Source of the DNA: Malacoraja senta
Lineage: Eukaryota
Length of the DNA: 64,000 nt
Direction: 5' to 3'
Assembly: GCA_038087875.1 (NCBI GenBank)
Contig: CM075995.1
Span: 5,458,001 to 5,522,000, forward strand
In this document: positions 23,378-36,391 of the stretch, in pieces
Position numbering within the stretch: position 1 is the first letter of the stretch
How the letters are laid out: each line of letters starts with the position of its first letter
The notes under the pieces: model-generated
The model's database searches: none
Told to the model about the DNA's origin: nothing
Seen by the model: only the letters and a program-made list of their open reading frames with translations
Position numbers and translations under genes: made by a program

Positions 23378-25535
23378 ATGACAATGCAATGAGTTGTTTG
23401 GCTCGCCCTGTGCTTGAGACTGCAATGCAAAATGGAAGTGAAATGACAATGCCATGAGTTGTTTGGCCCGCCCTGTGCTTGAGACTGCAATGCAAAAGGG
23501 AAGTGAAATGACATTGGCATGAGTTGTTTGGCCCGCCCTGTGCTTGAGACTGCAATGCAAAATGGAAGTGAAATGACAATGCCATGAGTTGTTTGGCCCG
23601 CCCTATACTTGAGACTGCAATGCAAAAGGGAAGTGAAATGACAATGCCATGAGTTGTTTGGCCCGCCCTGTGCTTGAGACTGCAATGCAAAATGGGAGCG
23701 AAATGACAATGCCATGAGTTGTTTGGCCCGCCCTGTGCTTGAGACTGCAATGCAAAATGGAAGTGAAATGACAATGCCATGAGTTGTTTGGCCCGCCCTG
23801 TGCTTGAGACTGCAATGCAAAATGGAAGTGAACAGCTTCCTGACAGACAGGAAGCAGCATGTGAGGCTGGGAAAGCACATCTCAGACCCGCAAACGCTCA
23901 GCATAGGAGCACCGCAAGGCTGTGTACTCTCTCCTCTACTCTCTCTACACCAACGACCACCTCCACAGAAACCTCTGTCAAGCTTCTCAAGTTTGCGGAC
24001 GACACAACCCTGATTGGACTGATCCAGGATGGGGAGGAATCTGCCTACAGACAGGAAGTGTCACAGCTGGCGTCCTGGTGCCGTCGCAACAACCTAGAGC
24101 TCAATGCTGTTAACACAGTGGAATTGATTGTAGACTTTAGGAGAGCTCCCCCTCACCTCACTCACCATCAACAACACCACAGTCACATCTGTGGAGTCTT
24201 TTAAGTTCCTGGGAACCATCATCTCCAAGGATCTTAAGTGGGGGGCTACCATCGACTCCACAGAGGATGTATTTCCTGCGGCAGCTGAGGAAGCACAATC
24301 TGCCACAGGCAATGATGGTCCAATTCTACATGGCCATTGTAGAGTCTGTTCTCACCTTCTCCATCATGGTCTGGTTTGGCTCAGCCACCAAGCACGACAC
24401 CTGGAGGCTGCAGCGAATCGTCCGATCAGCAGAGAAGGTTATTGGCTGCAACCTTCCCTCCATTGATGAACTGTACACTGCAAGGTCCAGGAAGCGAGCG
24501 GGCAAGATTATCTATGACCTGGCCACAAACTCTTTGAATCACTTCCCTCTGGAAGGCTACTCCGGACTGTCAAAGCTGCCACAGCCAGACATAACAACAG
24601 TTTTTATCCACGAGTAGTTGCTCTACTCAACAGCCAAAAATCTGTAGCCTCCCTTTGATCTGGTATTTTGTTGGTTCACATGCTTGATCAATGGTGTTTT
24701 ATCATTAATGTTTTATTATTATTATTATTAATGTGTAGTGTTTTCTGAGTCATTCGTAACTATCACTGTATGTCATGTTGTTACTTGTGGGCGGAGCACC
24801 AAGGCAAATTCATTGTATGTGAATACTTGGCCAATAACTTACTTACTTAAATGACAATGCCATGAGTTGTTTGGCCCGCCCTGTGCATGAGATTGCAATG
24901 CAAAATGGAAATGAAATGACAATGCCATGAGTTGTTTGGCCTGCCCTGTGCTTGAGACTGCAATGCAAAATGGAAGTGAAATACAATGCCATGAGTTGTT
25001 TGGCCCGCCCTGTGCTTGAGACTGCAATGCGAAATGGAAATGAAATGACAATGCCATGAGTTGTTTGGCCTGCCCTGTGCTTGAGACTGCAATGCAAAAT
25101 GGAAGTGAAATGACAATGCCATGAGTTGTTTGGCCCGCCCTGTGCTTGAGACTGCAATGCGAAATGGAAGTGAAATGACAATGCCATGAGTTTGGCCCGC
25201 CCTGTGCTTGAGACTGCAATGCAAAATGGAAGTGAAATAACAATGCCATAAGTTGTTTGGCTAGCCCTGTGCTTGAGACTGCAATGCAAAAGGGAAGTGA
25301 AATGACAATGTCATGAGTTGTGTGGCCCGCCCTGTTCTTGAGACTGCAATGCAAAATGGAAATGAAATGACAATGCCATGAGATGTTTGGGCCGCCCTGT
25401 GCTTGAGACTACAATGCAAAATGGAAATGGAAATGAAATGAAATGAAATGAGTTGTGTGGCCTGCCCTGTGCTTGAAATGGAAATGCAAAATGGAAATGG
25501 AAATGAAAATGAAATGAAATGAGTTGTTTGGCCTG
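23378..25535. repeat. 65-bp tandem repeat, about 7 units before and about 10 after the LINE insert
   Basis: CGCCCT recurs at 23404, 23469, 23534, 23599, 23664, 23729, 23794; resumes at ~24849 and decays to (GAAAT)n. Confidence 0.95.
23830..24848 (+). mobile_element. 5'-truncated Rex1/Babar LINE inserted in the array
   Basis: FLTDRKQHV..GAPQGCVLSP, KFADDTT, ESFKFLG, MYFLRQLRK; (ACTT)n tail. Confidence 0.92.
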
Positions 25536-26479
25536 CCTGGAACCACTAATTTCGGCCCACAAGGCCCCTATTAGCCGAGAAACCAGTCCCTTTTGCACGA
25601 AATGCCCGTATTAGCACAGGACGAGCATTTTGGCCTAAAAGGCCCGTGCCAGGCCAGGAAAAGTCCAGAAAAAGTGTCTTTCACTGAGATTTCATTCAGA
25701 TATTTTTTTTACGATTCCCTTCGGCCCATCAGGCCTGTACTAGCCCAGGAGGAGTCCCTTCGGCCCATCAGTGAGTATTCCCCCTGCAAGCATTAAACCT
25801 CACCCCAGTATTTTTCTCCCTCCTTTCATTGGCTCCCTGTGAGATCCTGGCCAGGATAGACCTTCATTGGTGATCTGCAGAAAAAGATGAAAAATGTCTA
25901 AAATTGATTCTCCGCCCTCTCCCCCTTCTCTCTCTCTGTTTTGGGAAGAATTTCCGGCAGTTTCTGAGCTGCCAGCCCGCGAGGCCTGTGTGACTGAGCT
26001 GCCAGCCCAAGAATCCATTCGGCCCACAATGTCCATTCTAGCCCTCTGGAAACCAGTCCCTTTGTCCCACAACACCCATACTAGCACTCCAGAACCCACC
26101 CCCTCCCCCCCCCCCCACGTCACCAATATTGGAATTGGCGGAGAGGTGGAATATTGCGTTGGGGGACCAGCCCTCCCGTGTGAACATGGGACCCAACGGG
26201 TCCCACTTAGTCTAGTATATAATAAATATCTGAATTCTCAATTAGATTTTGTTCTGATCTAACTGCATATATTTTCCACATTTTCATTTTCTTTTAGTAA
26301 TAGCATTCAATATCGAGAAAAAAATTGTATGTTTGAAAATAATTTTGTTGGTCATCAACCTGTGTTTTGTGATTGAAATAATGATGCTTGATGTACAATA
26401 GATAATTTCATTTTAAGTTCTGGTTGTGTGGCTATGACGACTTACACACTCAAAGATAGAGTAGGCAAAGGTTTCTGGA

Positions 26480-27420
26480 GAATGTATTGGGTTGGGATAC
26501 TTCTTCAGACAGATTATGGTGGAAGGGGAGAAAGGAGGGACAGGACAAAAAGGCTGAAGAAGGGTCCTGACCCAAAACATCACCTATCCACCAGAGATGC
26601 TGCCTGACTCACTGAGTTACTACAACATTTTGTGTCTAAGGGGCAGGACAAAGCCTGGCTAGTGATAGATGGATACAGGTGAGGGGGATTTTGATAGGTA
26701 GATAGTTGGACAAAGGGCAGAGAAGAAAAGATTAAAGGTGTGAGGTAGGATAGAAGAGGGGTTAATTGTGAAGCCAGAAAAAGGAATGTGGGTGGGGTGA
26801 AATGAGTGTGTCCAGGTGGGGGGACAGGGATGGGGGGGGGGGGGGGGGGGTCAGTTAGTTACTTAATATTGGAGAATTCAATGTTCACACCATTGGGTCG
26901 GAAGGGATCCAAACATAATATGAGATGCTATTCCTCCAGTTTGTCTGGGAATGGAGGAGGCCTAGGACAGAAATGTCAGTATGGGAAGAGGAGTTAAAAT
27001 GGATATTAATTAAATCCATTTAATTAAAGTAATTATCTTATTTAATGTAATTAAATCATAAAATCATTTAATTAAAATGAGTTTAAAATCCCCCATCCCC
27101 CTCTCTTCCCTATGTCCCACATGCTCGGTCCTGTTTTGCCCCTCCCCATCCCCTTCCAACTACATTCCTTCTTCTGGCTTCACAATTCACAACTCTTCCA
27201 TCTTTCACACCAAGTCTTTTCATTTCATGCCTTTGTCCAATCATCTGCCTATTAAAACCCCCGTCATCTGTATCCACCTATCACTTGCCAGTCTTTGTCC
27301 TGCCCCTTCTCCCTTCCAGATTTCCCCACCACAATCATTCTGAGAAAGGGTTCCAACCTGACATGTTCTCCTGAGATGCTGCCTGACCCTTCTAGTCACT
27401 CAGCAACTTTGTGTCTTTCT
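26480..27420. mobile_element. Degraded Penelope-like fragments (minus ~26480-26995, plus ~27090-27420)
   Basis: Minus translation KLEE*HLILCL..RPNGVNIEFSN; degenerate pLTR motifs. Confidence 0.65.
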
Positions 27421-27622
27421 TTTCTCCTGTACCTTAATATTTATTAATTATTCTCCTAAGACTTTTTGCCGTTATTCTCTGGGATAAATACAACTCCCAT
27501 TGGTCCTTGTCATCATATGGATATTGGTGGTTAGTTCCAAACAAAATTATTAAGGATAATTTCCAGCATCCATGACTATTGCATATATCTAATGTCATTG
27601 TAAACTATTTGTACAATTACAG

Positions 27623-27811
27623 GTGTTGGATTCCCAATTTTAGTTATCCCATGGGTAGTTCTACAGGAACTGGATTTCTTAAAGAATGAAAAAATCTCCA
27701 GAAATGTCAATCGCAAAGCTGTACCTGCTGTACAGTTTGTTTATTCCTGCTTCAAAAGTCGCCATCCGCATGTATGGGGCCAATCCATGCAACAGGCAGG
27801 TCAAAAGTTCT
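27623..27811 (+). CDS. SWT1: SWT1 PIN exon (IPWVVLQELDFLK...VWGQSMQQA), phase 1/1
   Basis: CAG acceptor, T|GTAAGT donor, 189 nt open; matches recalled IPWVVMQELD and WGQS of SWT1. Confidence 0.95.
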
Positions 27812-28132
27812 GTAAGTAATATAGTATTATCATTGCAGCCCTCTATTTCAGAGATAGGCGTTGATGGTTATCTTGGGATCATCAGTGAATAAGAGAGAAA
27901 AAGATATTTCAAGTTTACATTGCAGTTTATTGAGGTCCAGTGTACTCAGTTATCAAAAGCAATCAAAGAAAACCACATTTCAAGGAAATATGTTGTTCCT
28001 TATCTTAATTTTCCTGTTTTATTTTTGTTACACCATCACTGTCCCTATTTTTATGTCACTGGTCTGTCACATTTTATGTAACATTGATTTTCTTTCAACA
28101 TTCTTCCTTTTGTTCTCATTCTGAAGCATATA

Positions 28133-28865
28133 CAGGAAGCCCTCATTTTAATGGACCCCTTTATAACGGATTTTGGTCCGACTTGCACCGCTTCTCCGGT
28201 TGCTTACATCCCCGGTTTCGAAAGGCTCCCACCCAACTCACAAGGTGCAACTGCGAGCCCTTCTTCATTCACTGCATGCTCTAGTTGAATTGGCTGTTGT
28301 TGTGGCTCGTATTTTTGCGCCTGGGGACAGTGTTTCTTCAGGGTTGCCGCCACCGACAAGACACCCTCGGTCACGGTGGGGCTCCCTCCTCTCTCACCAG
28401 ATACTGCTTCTTCCTTCACTTTCTCCACTCGACCACCTTCTCCTTCTCCCGTTGCTCTGTCCACTCGGCCTCTCAACCGCCACCCCTCCACCGCCGCCTC
28501 CTCCTCCCCTGGAATGCTATGCCCCTAGGGGCTACAACTTGAGCCGCAACAACAGTCATGTGAACCGGTGAAGAATGGCTCGCTGGTGACCAGCAGCATT
28601 GGCGCCTAGTTCTAAGGTGACACAACCCAAATTGCTGGAGTATCTCAGCAGACTGAATCAGTCTGAAGAACGTTCCCAAAATCACTTATCGATGTTCTCC
28701 AGCAATGCAGCCTGACCCGCTGAGTTACTCCAACACTTTTGTGTATTAACTGTCATCTGCAGTTCTTTGTTTCAAGTGCATACAATGATAATAACTTGTT
28801 TGGTTATAACGGACACCATTCCCTCCCCCCCCCTCAGTATGGTCCGTTATAACAAGGGTGTACTG
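28133..28865. mobile_element. pogo/Tigger-like non-autonomous element with nested palindromic Penelope piece (~28620-28775)
   Basis: Imperfect TIR CAGGAAGCCCTCATTTTAATGGACC / CAGTACACCCTTGTTATAACGGACC; TA on left; related partial copy at 56620-56900. Confidence 0.65.
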
Positions 28866-30959
28866 TGTTGGTATATGGATTTGTAGATACTGGTCTTCTT
28901 CCAATACCTTGTTCAGTAGGCAATGTTAATGTGTGAACAAAGATGATGAAAAATGACAGATTGAAAGTGAAGTAGAAAAGAAACATGCCAAATTGTGTCC
29001 TTGCCTGACGTAGTTGCAGAAATTTTTGAAAGAGTAAGCACATGGTTTGAAATATAGTAATTAAAAATGTTTTAATCTCTTAAAAATGTTAATGAAAGGT
29101 TTTTTTAATAGCTATTTATTTTAATTTGGTGATAATCGGTTGCAGACTCTTAAGTCTGTCACTTGGGAGAGGTTGATTTGACTAAATTTGTTAAATATGA
29201 AGAGCAGTTTGGTTTCACGTTAAGTGTGTGTGTATATCTAACCCGTGGTGAGGGAACAATGATCTTACACCTTTTCTTCCCAGTTTAGGTTTAGATTTAG
29301 ATGGTTTTGAAAATGTCATTTTATCACCCGATGCGTCTGTTTTCATTAACTTTTGAATCAATGGTAGTATTAATGATTAAAAATATGTTGTGGTTTCATT
29401 TGTTTATAACAACTGGAAAAAATATGAAATTAGCTTGCTTCCAATGGCAATATTTGATAGTTACTGTAGGTGGCAGACGTTTGCTAGAAGCATTTGTAGT
29501 GGTATAAAAGAACCATAAAATAGATGATAGATTCTTATTCCATTTTGTACAATAGTATCAAGCAGCCAACTAATTAAGGAAAAGTATAATTTTGACTGCT
29601 TGGTACATATTAAGATAACTTTTTTTGTCTTGATCATGAAAAAAATAACTGGGAATTTGAATCATGTTAGTAGAACAAGGACTATATGTATAACCTGTGT
29701 CAGCATGACCCATTACATGATGCACCAGAAATTTTTGCATGTACTTTTTGTAATACGATTCCAACAACCTAACTACGGTAACTACACATTTACCAATTTA
29801 ATATGTAATCACAGGATGCAATTCCAAAAATCACTTGCATTCATTTAAGATGATTACCCTAGTTGAACCCATGTTTTCACCCCTTAAAGGGAAGGTTCTT
29901 ATGGTCACTAACCATTCCTGAAAGTCTTCCAGAAAGTGTTGTTGGTAGTGAACTCCATTTGTGATCAGTATCATTGAGCGCATTTACAAAAGCTGATCTC
30001 TCAACAATTGCTAGTAGACCCGCTTGCTTAACACTCCCAGTCGCCTAAAGCCTTAAACATAGCTAATACCTGACATTCATATGACCCACCACACCCTCAA
30101 ATAGTTACCTTTGCTGCAACATTTGTTAATTGACCCATTACAATACACTTCTTGCAGCATAGACACACTCCCAGATTTTGTAGGCATGTAGGAATGTTGT
30201 AGGCATGTAACAAAGATATTGCAAGACACTTGTTAACACACTTTCCTCTCTTGGTGTGCAAGATGCCAGCCAATCATTTCCACCAAGGGTAGATTCTATT
30301 GGTACCATAATAGTCAGAGTATGAAACCAACTGGGAGAAATACAGGAAACTTTGCAAAGCCGTGTACAACACAGCAGTTCTGCAAAGTTAATATCCCTAT
30401 TATTATGTCTACTTATGCAGTGTGGGTCAATTAGTGTGGCTGACCACTTAATCAATGCTTTTTGGCTCGGACGGGTACAAATGTTCAATAATCTGGATTT
30501 TGCAATTGGGTCAGTGACCTCCTTATCAGCAGACCTCGGCCCTGGATTGGTAACATCTCCTCAATGACCATCGACACAGTTATATCAAGGCTACTTTCTT
30601 CACCCCCCCGATGTGCTCTCTTTATACCCATGACTGTGCAGCTAAGCATAGCTCCAGTGCCATCTACAAATTCACCTTTGGCACCACTGTGATTGGTTGA
30701 ATCACAGGCGGTGAAGAGCCAGTGTACAGGAGTGAGATAGAACACTGGCAAGTGGTGTCGCAACAGCAACCTCTTGTTCAAACTTAACATAACCAAGAAA
30801 TTAATAGTTGACTTCACCGAGGTGAAGTTGGGAGATCATTCACCAGTTTTCATTAATGGATTGGCGGTGGAGAGAGTTAGCAATTTCAAATTCCTATATG
30901 TTAACATCTCGGACCCAGCATATAGATGTAATCACGAAGAAGACAAGTCATGTCTCACC

Positions 30960-31488
30960 GTGTAGGAAGGAACTGCAGATGCTGGTTTATACCGAAGATA
31001 GACGCAAATTGCTGGAGTAATTCAGCGGGGCAGTATCTCTGGAAAGAAGGAATGAGTGATGACGTTTTGGGTTGAGACCCTTCTTCAGATTGAGAGTCGG
31101 GAGAGGGAGACATAGAGATATGGAAGGATAAGGTGAGAAAATTAGAGATTAAAGAGGACGAAGTTCAAAGAAAATGTAGGATGTATCATTGTTAGCTGAG
31201 GGGAAGATGACAATGAATCATACAATCGGTAAAATGTAATCGGGAGGACAATAAAACTAGTCCGAGAACTAGGATGGGGGTAGGATGGAGAGAGAGGGAA
31301 AACAAGGCTTGCTTGAAGTTAGAGAAGTTAATATTCATACTGCTGGGTTGTAAGTTGCCCAAGCAAAATATGAGGTGATGTTCCTCCAATTTGCATTGGG
31401 CACATGTAGGAGGCCCAGGTCAGATAGGGAGGGGAAGTTAGTGTTTAGCGACCAGGAGATCACGTAGGCCTAGGCGGACTAAGCAGAA
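30960..31488 (-). mobile_element. Penelope-like (Neptune-type) 3' fragment with pLTR
   Basis: EEHHLIFCLGNLQPSSMNINFSNF is a GIY-YIG endonuclease C-terminus; pLTR at 30960-31090. Confidence 0.8.
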
Positions 31489-31827
31489 CTGTCTCTACTT
31501 CTTAAAAGTTTAAAGAGATTAGAGAGTTTAACTACACTAACGTCCGCAGAAGCACTAAAAAGTATCCTGTCTGATTTCATCATGACCTGGTACAGTAATT
31601 CTAATGCACAGGAACACAAGAGGCTGCAGAGGCCTCTAAAGCATCTACATGGGGAGCCACGTCAAGAAAGTGGTATCTATCATCAAAGATCTCTGCCATT
31701 TGGGCTATGGCCTCTTCTCACTGCTATCGTCGGGCAGCAGGTGCAGAAGCCTGAACAGAAGCTGAAGTTCAGGAACAGCAGGATCCCCATAGCTGTTAGG
31801 TTCTTGAACTGATCTCTACAACCCTAA

Positions 31828-34084
31828 AAGGTCTGTCTCACTGTGCGAGTTGACCCACGAGTGACCCCGAGTGAAAGACTTGTGGTTGCGTACGAGACTA
31901 CAAGTTTATGATCCAGAGTTTAACCGAGTTCCCACGGGTATGTCTAAGTTTGCCGTTTACTTCTCATTTCTGCGATGTTCCAAGTTCGTCTCCCGAGTGT
32001 ACCAAGTTCCTCTCCCGATGTCTTGAGGCAACAATGTATATCGACGTGTTGAAAAATGTACCTGAAAGCCATTAAGTCCTGTTAAATTGCCCAAGCAAAA
32101 TATGAGGTGATGTTCCTCCAATTTGCATTGGGCACACGTAGGAGGCCCAGGTCAGATAGGGAGGGGAAGTTAGTGTTTAGCGACCAGGAGATCACGTAGG
32201 CCTAGGCGGACTAAGCAGAACTGTCTCTACTTCTTTAAAGTTTAAAGAGATTAGAGAGTTTAACTACACTAACGTCCGCAGAAGCACTATTAAAGTCCTG
32301 TTAAATTGTTGCCCTGTTTTAATAGCCTGCCATCCGCATATTTAATGTTGTCTTTCTTGAAGACATCATTCAAAGTTCAAAACAAACAGCCTTTTTAAAG
32401 ACAAGCATCACATGTGTTAATTGCCTGTCTTCACGCATATTTAATTTTATGGGCTATTGGAGACAGGATTCAAACTTCAAACACACAACCTGTGAAATGT
32501 GTCTGCAACGTATAACTTTACAGCTGCAGGGCACAGAACTACTAGAGAAGTTGAATTTGATGTCAAATATAGAACTTTTACAGCAATAACACTGAACATT
32601 TTTCAATATTGGATAAAATAAAATGGTTTACCTGCTGATACCCTAATATATCATAATGTACTCACATGTGCACCCAGGATACTCCGCTGCCTTTTCCTCA
32701 TACAGAGCACGCTTCTTGTCCCTATTACGATAATCTTCTTTAGATTTGTCATAGAGGATTTCATTAGCCTGAAACCACTCTACAAGGTCTCCCTCTTGCT
32801 GCCTGTCGGTTAAATGGTTTAACTTTATTCCATCTTCCCTTGAATGGGGCATCCACGTCTGAGGCTGTTTCACACACAGCTACCTGGGAGCCCACAGGCA
32901 GTGTTGACTTCTCCTGTGGCATCTCCTGTTGAATCTCCTGTTGCCTCTCCTCCTCCTCCTCCTCCTGTATGATTATAGCCTCCATGGCAGGTTTTTTGTA
33001 AGGCTCTGCTCTTCCCTTTCATTGAACTTTTCTGGGAGCCATCTCTAGCAAGCTTCTTATCAAAAAGATTCACCAGCAATGAGGTGAAACGCTCAAGATT
33101 GACCCAGGTCACGTGCTGATGTTGAAGTCACATTTTTTTTACTCACCTTTTTTTCCCTCTGTCCAGCTGACGAGTTCAGAGTGCACATGAGAGTCACCAG
33201 AGTCATGTCTGATTGCCTGGGCAGCCTATCAGCTTCCACAGTCTACATCGTACAAAGCATCATATTGTGATTCATCAATGCCTGTTTTGGGAGCAGCTTT
33301 GCCCAAGAGCGCAGTATATATTACAGAGACTTGCAAATGTAGTGCAGTCTATTACACAGGCCAGCTTTCCCCCTATCAACTCAATCTACACTTCGATCTG
33401 CTTCGGGAAGCAGCCAACGTACCATTCCTTCCTCTCCTTTCACCCCGTAAGCAGATAATACAAACGCTCACATACATGTACTACCTGATTCAGGGACAGC
33501 TCCATCCTCACTGTCATTAGATTGCTGAAACGGAACCTCAGATTAGGCTGCCATGAAGTGTCATAAAATGTTCTCACGCTTTTCCTCAATACTGGTTTGT
33601 CTTAAGGTTGTGAGCTCAGTCCCAAATACACAAAATCTATATATAAACTTCAAGCAATTTTTTCTTTTCAACCCACTCTGTCACCTTATCAATAACTTTT
33701 ACTTTGTTAAGCAGAATTTGTCTTTAAAAAGTATAAGTAGCTGATATTTCTGTCCCTGATTATTGTTTCTAAAAATAGTTCCCACGGTAGACTCACGAGT
33801 CACAAAGTTAAACGCACGGGCCACTACGTTCTTACAACGAGTTTAAAATGTTTCAAATTTTAACCTCAAGAGTACATTTTACTCGTGGAAAAGTACAAAC
33901 ATGTTTGAACTTTTGCAAGAGTTAACAAGTTTCACGTGTACCTCCCATTAGCGCCAAGAGTCGCTAAGTTGCGTCCACGAGTTCCGACGTTCCCGCTACG
34001 TTAATTGTACGTGATTACCACGAGTTAAATTTGTTTAAAACTCGGGGTCACTCGTGGGTCAACTCGCACAGTGTGACAGCCCTT
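31828..34084 (-). mobile_element. Non-autonomous PIF/Harbinger transposon with MADF gene remnant
   Basis: ~45-bp TIR AAGGKCTGTCWCACTGTGCGAGTTGACCCACGAGTGACCCCGAGT; TAA TSD (31825-27, 34085-87). Confidence 0.9.
32666..33042 (-). pseudogene. Harbinger MADF (Myb/SANT-like) DNA-binding protein, first exon, disrupted
   Basis: MAPRKVQ*KGK...poly-E...LVEWFQANEILYDKSKEDYRNRDKKRALYEEKA; GTGAGT donor at 32665. Confidence 0.75.
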
Positions 34085-34299
34085 TAACCATGCCTCAGCA
34101 ACGGAAAACAGCAGATCAATGCTTGCACCACCATGGACTTGTTGTTATTACATTTTTGCACCAATGTCTTGTTTTTGCAGACTTTATTTCCACTGTTAAA
34201 CATAATCTATGTTTTCTGCATTGACTGAGTCTACATGCATATGATTCTGCTGCAAGCAAGATTTTCATTGTACGTGTACCTCATTGTACTTGTGCATAT

Positions 34300-34775
34300 T
34301 GTAATGGCCATTTGGCTTAAATGATGGCATTTGCCTTTAATTTTGTCTCCCTGTATTATGTGGGTGGGTTTTATTACATAGTCAGAAGCATGTTTGCTGC
34401 TGGGATTCTTGCGCAGAAGCTTGTAGTTTTTTTAATTTAGTTCGAAGGAGGCATGGATGGAGGCATATCTTTCGACCATGCGGAGCTTTCTAACATTGGT
34501 CAGAGGTACATGCTGAAGTTTGATTACGTGTAAGATTAAAAAGAACTTAAACGAGAAGAAAGTTGGATGAATATTTCACTGTTTTACTTCAACAATAAAG
34601 AAATATTTCACTGTTACTTCGACAATTAATCAAGAGACTGTGTTTTGAAGATTGATCTCGTGAAGAGTCTTGTGAAGAGCTTCTATGCGTAAACGACACT
34701 ATGTCCTTACCCCGTGTCTTCTCATAGTGGCTAAAGGGAGAAATTCCTTGAACGATATAATAATCTGCCACTATA
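34300..34775 (+). mobile_element. Probable solo LTR
   Basis: Imperfect inverted termini TGTAATGGC / GCCACTATA; internal AATAAA; CATAT TSD at 34295-34299 and 36394-36398. Confidence 0.65.
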
Positions 34776-36391
34776 CAGTGGCTTGCAAAAGTATTCATAC
34801 CCCGTGAACTTTTCCACATTTTGTCACGTTACAGCCATAAACGTAAATGTATTTTATTGGGATTTTATGTGATAGACCAACACAAAGTGGCGCATAATTG
34901 TGAAGTGGAAGGAAAATGATACATGGTTTTCAAATTTTTTTACAAATAAAAAACTGAAAAGTGTGGCGTGCAAAAGTATTCAGCCCCCTTTACTCTGATA
35001 CCCCTAAATATAATCCAGTGCAACCAATTGCCTTCAGAAGTCACCTAATTAGTAAATAGAGTCCACTTGTGTGTAATCTAATCTCAGTATAAATACAGCT
35101 GTTCTGTGAAGGCCTCAGAGGTTTGTTAGAGAACATTAGTGAACAAACAGCATCATGAATCCCAAGGAACACACCAGACAGGTCAGGGATAAAGTTGTGG
35201 AGAAGTGTAAAGCAGGGTTAGGTTATAAACAAATATCCCAAGCTTTGAACATCTCACGGAGCACTGTTCAATCCATCATCCGAAAATGTAAAGAGTATGG
35301 CACAACTGCAAACCTACCAAGACATGGCCGTCCACCTAAACTGACAAGCCAGGCAAGAAGAGCATTGATCAGAGAAGCAGCCAAGAGGCCCATGGTAACT
35401 CTGGAGGAGCTGCAGAGATCCACAGCTCAGGTGGGAAAATCTTCCACAGGACAACTATTAGTCGTGCACTCCACAAATCGGGCCTTTATGGAAGAGTGGC
35501 AAGAAGAAAGCCATTGTTGAAAAAAAGCCATAAGAAGTCCCGTTTGCAGTTTGCCACAAGCCATGTGGGGGACACAGCAAACATATGGAGGAAGGTGCTC
35601 TGGTCAGATGAGACCAAAATTGAAGTTTTTGGCCTAAATGCAAAACGCTATGTGTGGCGGAAACCTAACACTGCACATCACCCTGAACACACCATCCCCA
35701 CTGTGAAACATGGTGGTGGCAGCATCATGCTGTGGGGATGGTTTTCTTCAGCAGGGACAGGGAAGCTGGTCAGAGTTGATGGGAAGATGGATGGAGCCAA
35801 ATACAGGGCAATGTTGGAAGAAAACCTGTTGGAGTCTGCAAAAGACTTGAGACTGGGGCAGAGGTTCACCTTCCAGCAGGACAACGACCCTAAACATGCA
35901 GCCAGAGCTACAATGGAATGGTTTAGATCAAAGCATATTCATGTGTTAGAATGGTCCAGTCAAAGTCCAGACCTAAATCCAATTGAGAATCTCTGGCAAG
36001 ACTTGAAAATTGCTGTTCACAGACGCTCTCCATCCAATCTGACTGAGCTTGAGCTATTTTGCAAAGAAGAATGTGCAAAAATTTCAGTCTCTAGATGTGC
36101 AAAGCTGGTAGAGACATACCCCAAAAGACTTGCAGCTGTAATTGCAGCGAAAGGTGGTTCTACAAAGTATTGACTCGGGGGGACTGAATACTTTTGCACG
36201 CGACACTTTTCAGTTTTTTATTTGTAAAAAGATTTGAACACCATGTATCATTTTCCTTCCACTTCACAATTATGCGCCACTTTGTGTTGGTCTATCACAT
36301 AAAATCCCAATAAAATACATTTACGTTTGTGGTTGTAACGTGACAAAATGTGGAAAAGTTCAAGGGGTATGAAAACGTTTGGAAGCCACTG
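34776..36391 (+). mobile_element. Full-length Tc1-like transposon, IR/DR type, Passport-like
   Basis: TA TSD; ~210-bp TIRs each with outer and inner GCAAAAGTATTCA-type repeats; transposase 35155-36173. Confidence 0.95.
35155..36173 (+). pseudogene. Tc1 DD34E transposase with one frameshift near 35442
   Basis: Paired-like HTH, GRPPK, WSDE, QQDNDPKH, SPDLNPIENLW in two overlapping ORFs. Confidence 0.92.

Larger units (their letters stand above)
22978..26215 (+). mobile_element. Non-autonomous Helitron with internal 65-bp array and nested Rex LINE
   Basis: 5' TC after host A; hairpin TGGGACCC-AAC-GGGTCCCA (26187-26205); terminal CTAG followed by host T; no TSD. Confidence 0.85.

Noticed and set aside
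23378..25535. Regular array resembling CRISPR, with long repetitive ORFs
   Set aside because: Contiguous near-identical 65-mers with no unique spacers and no cas genes; ORFs are by-products of the repeat
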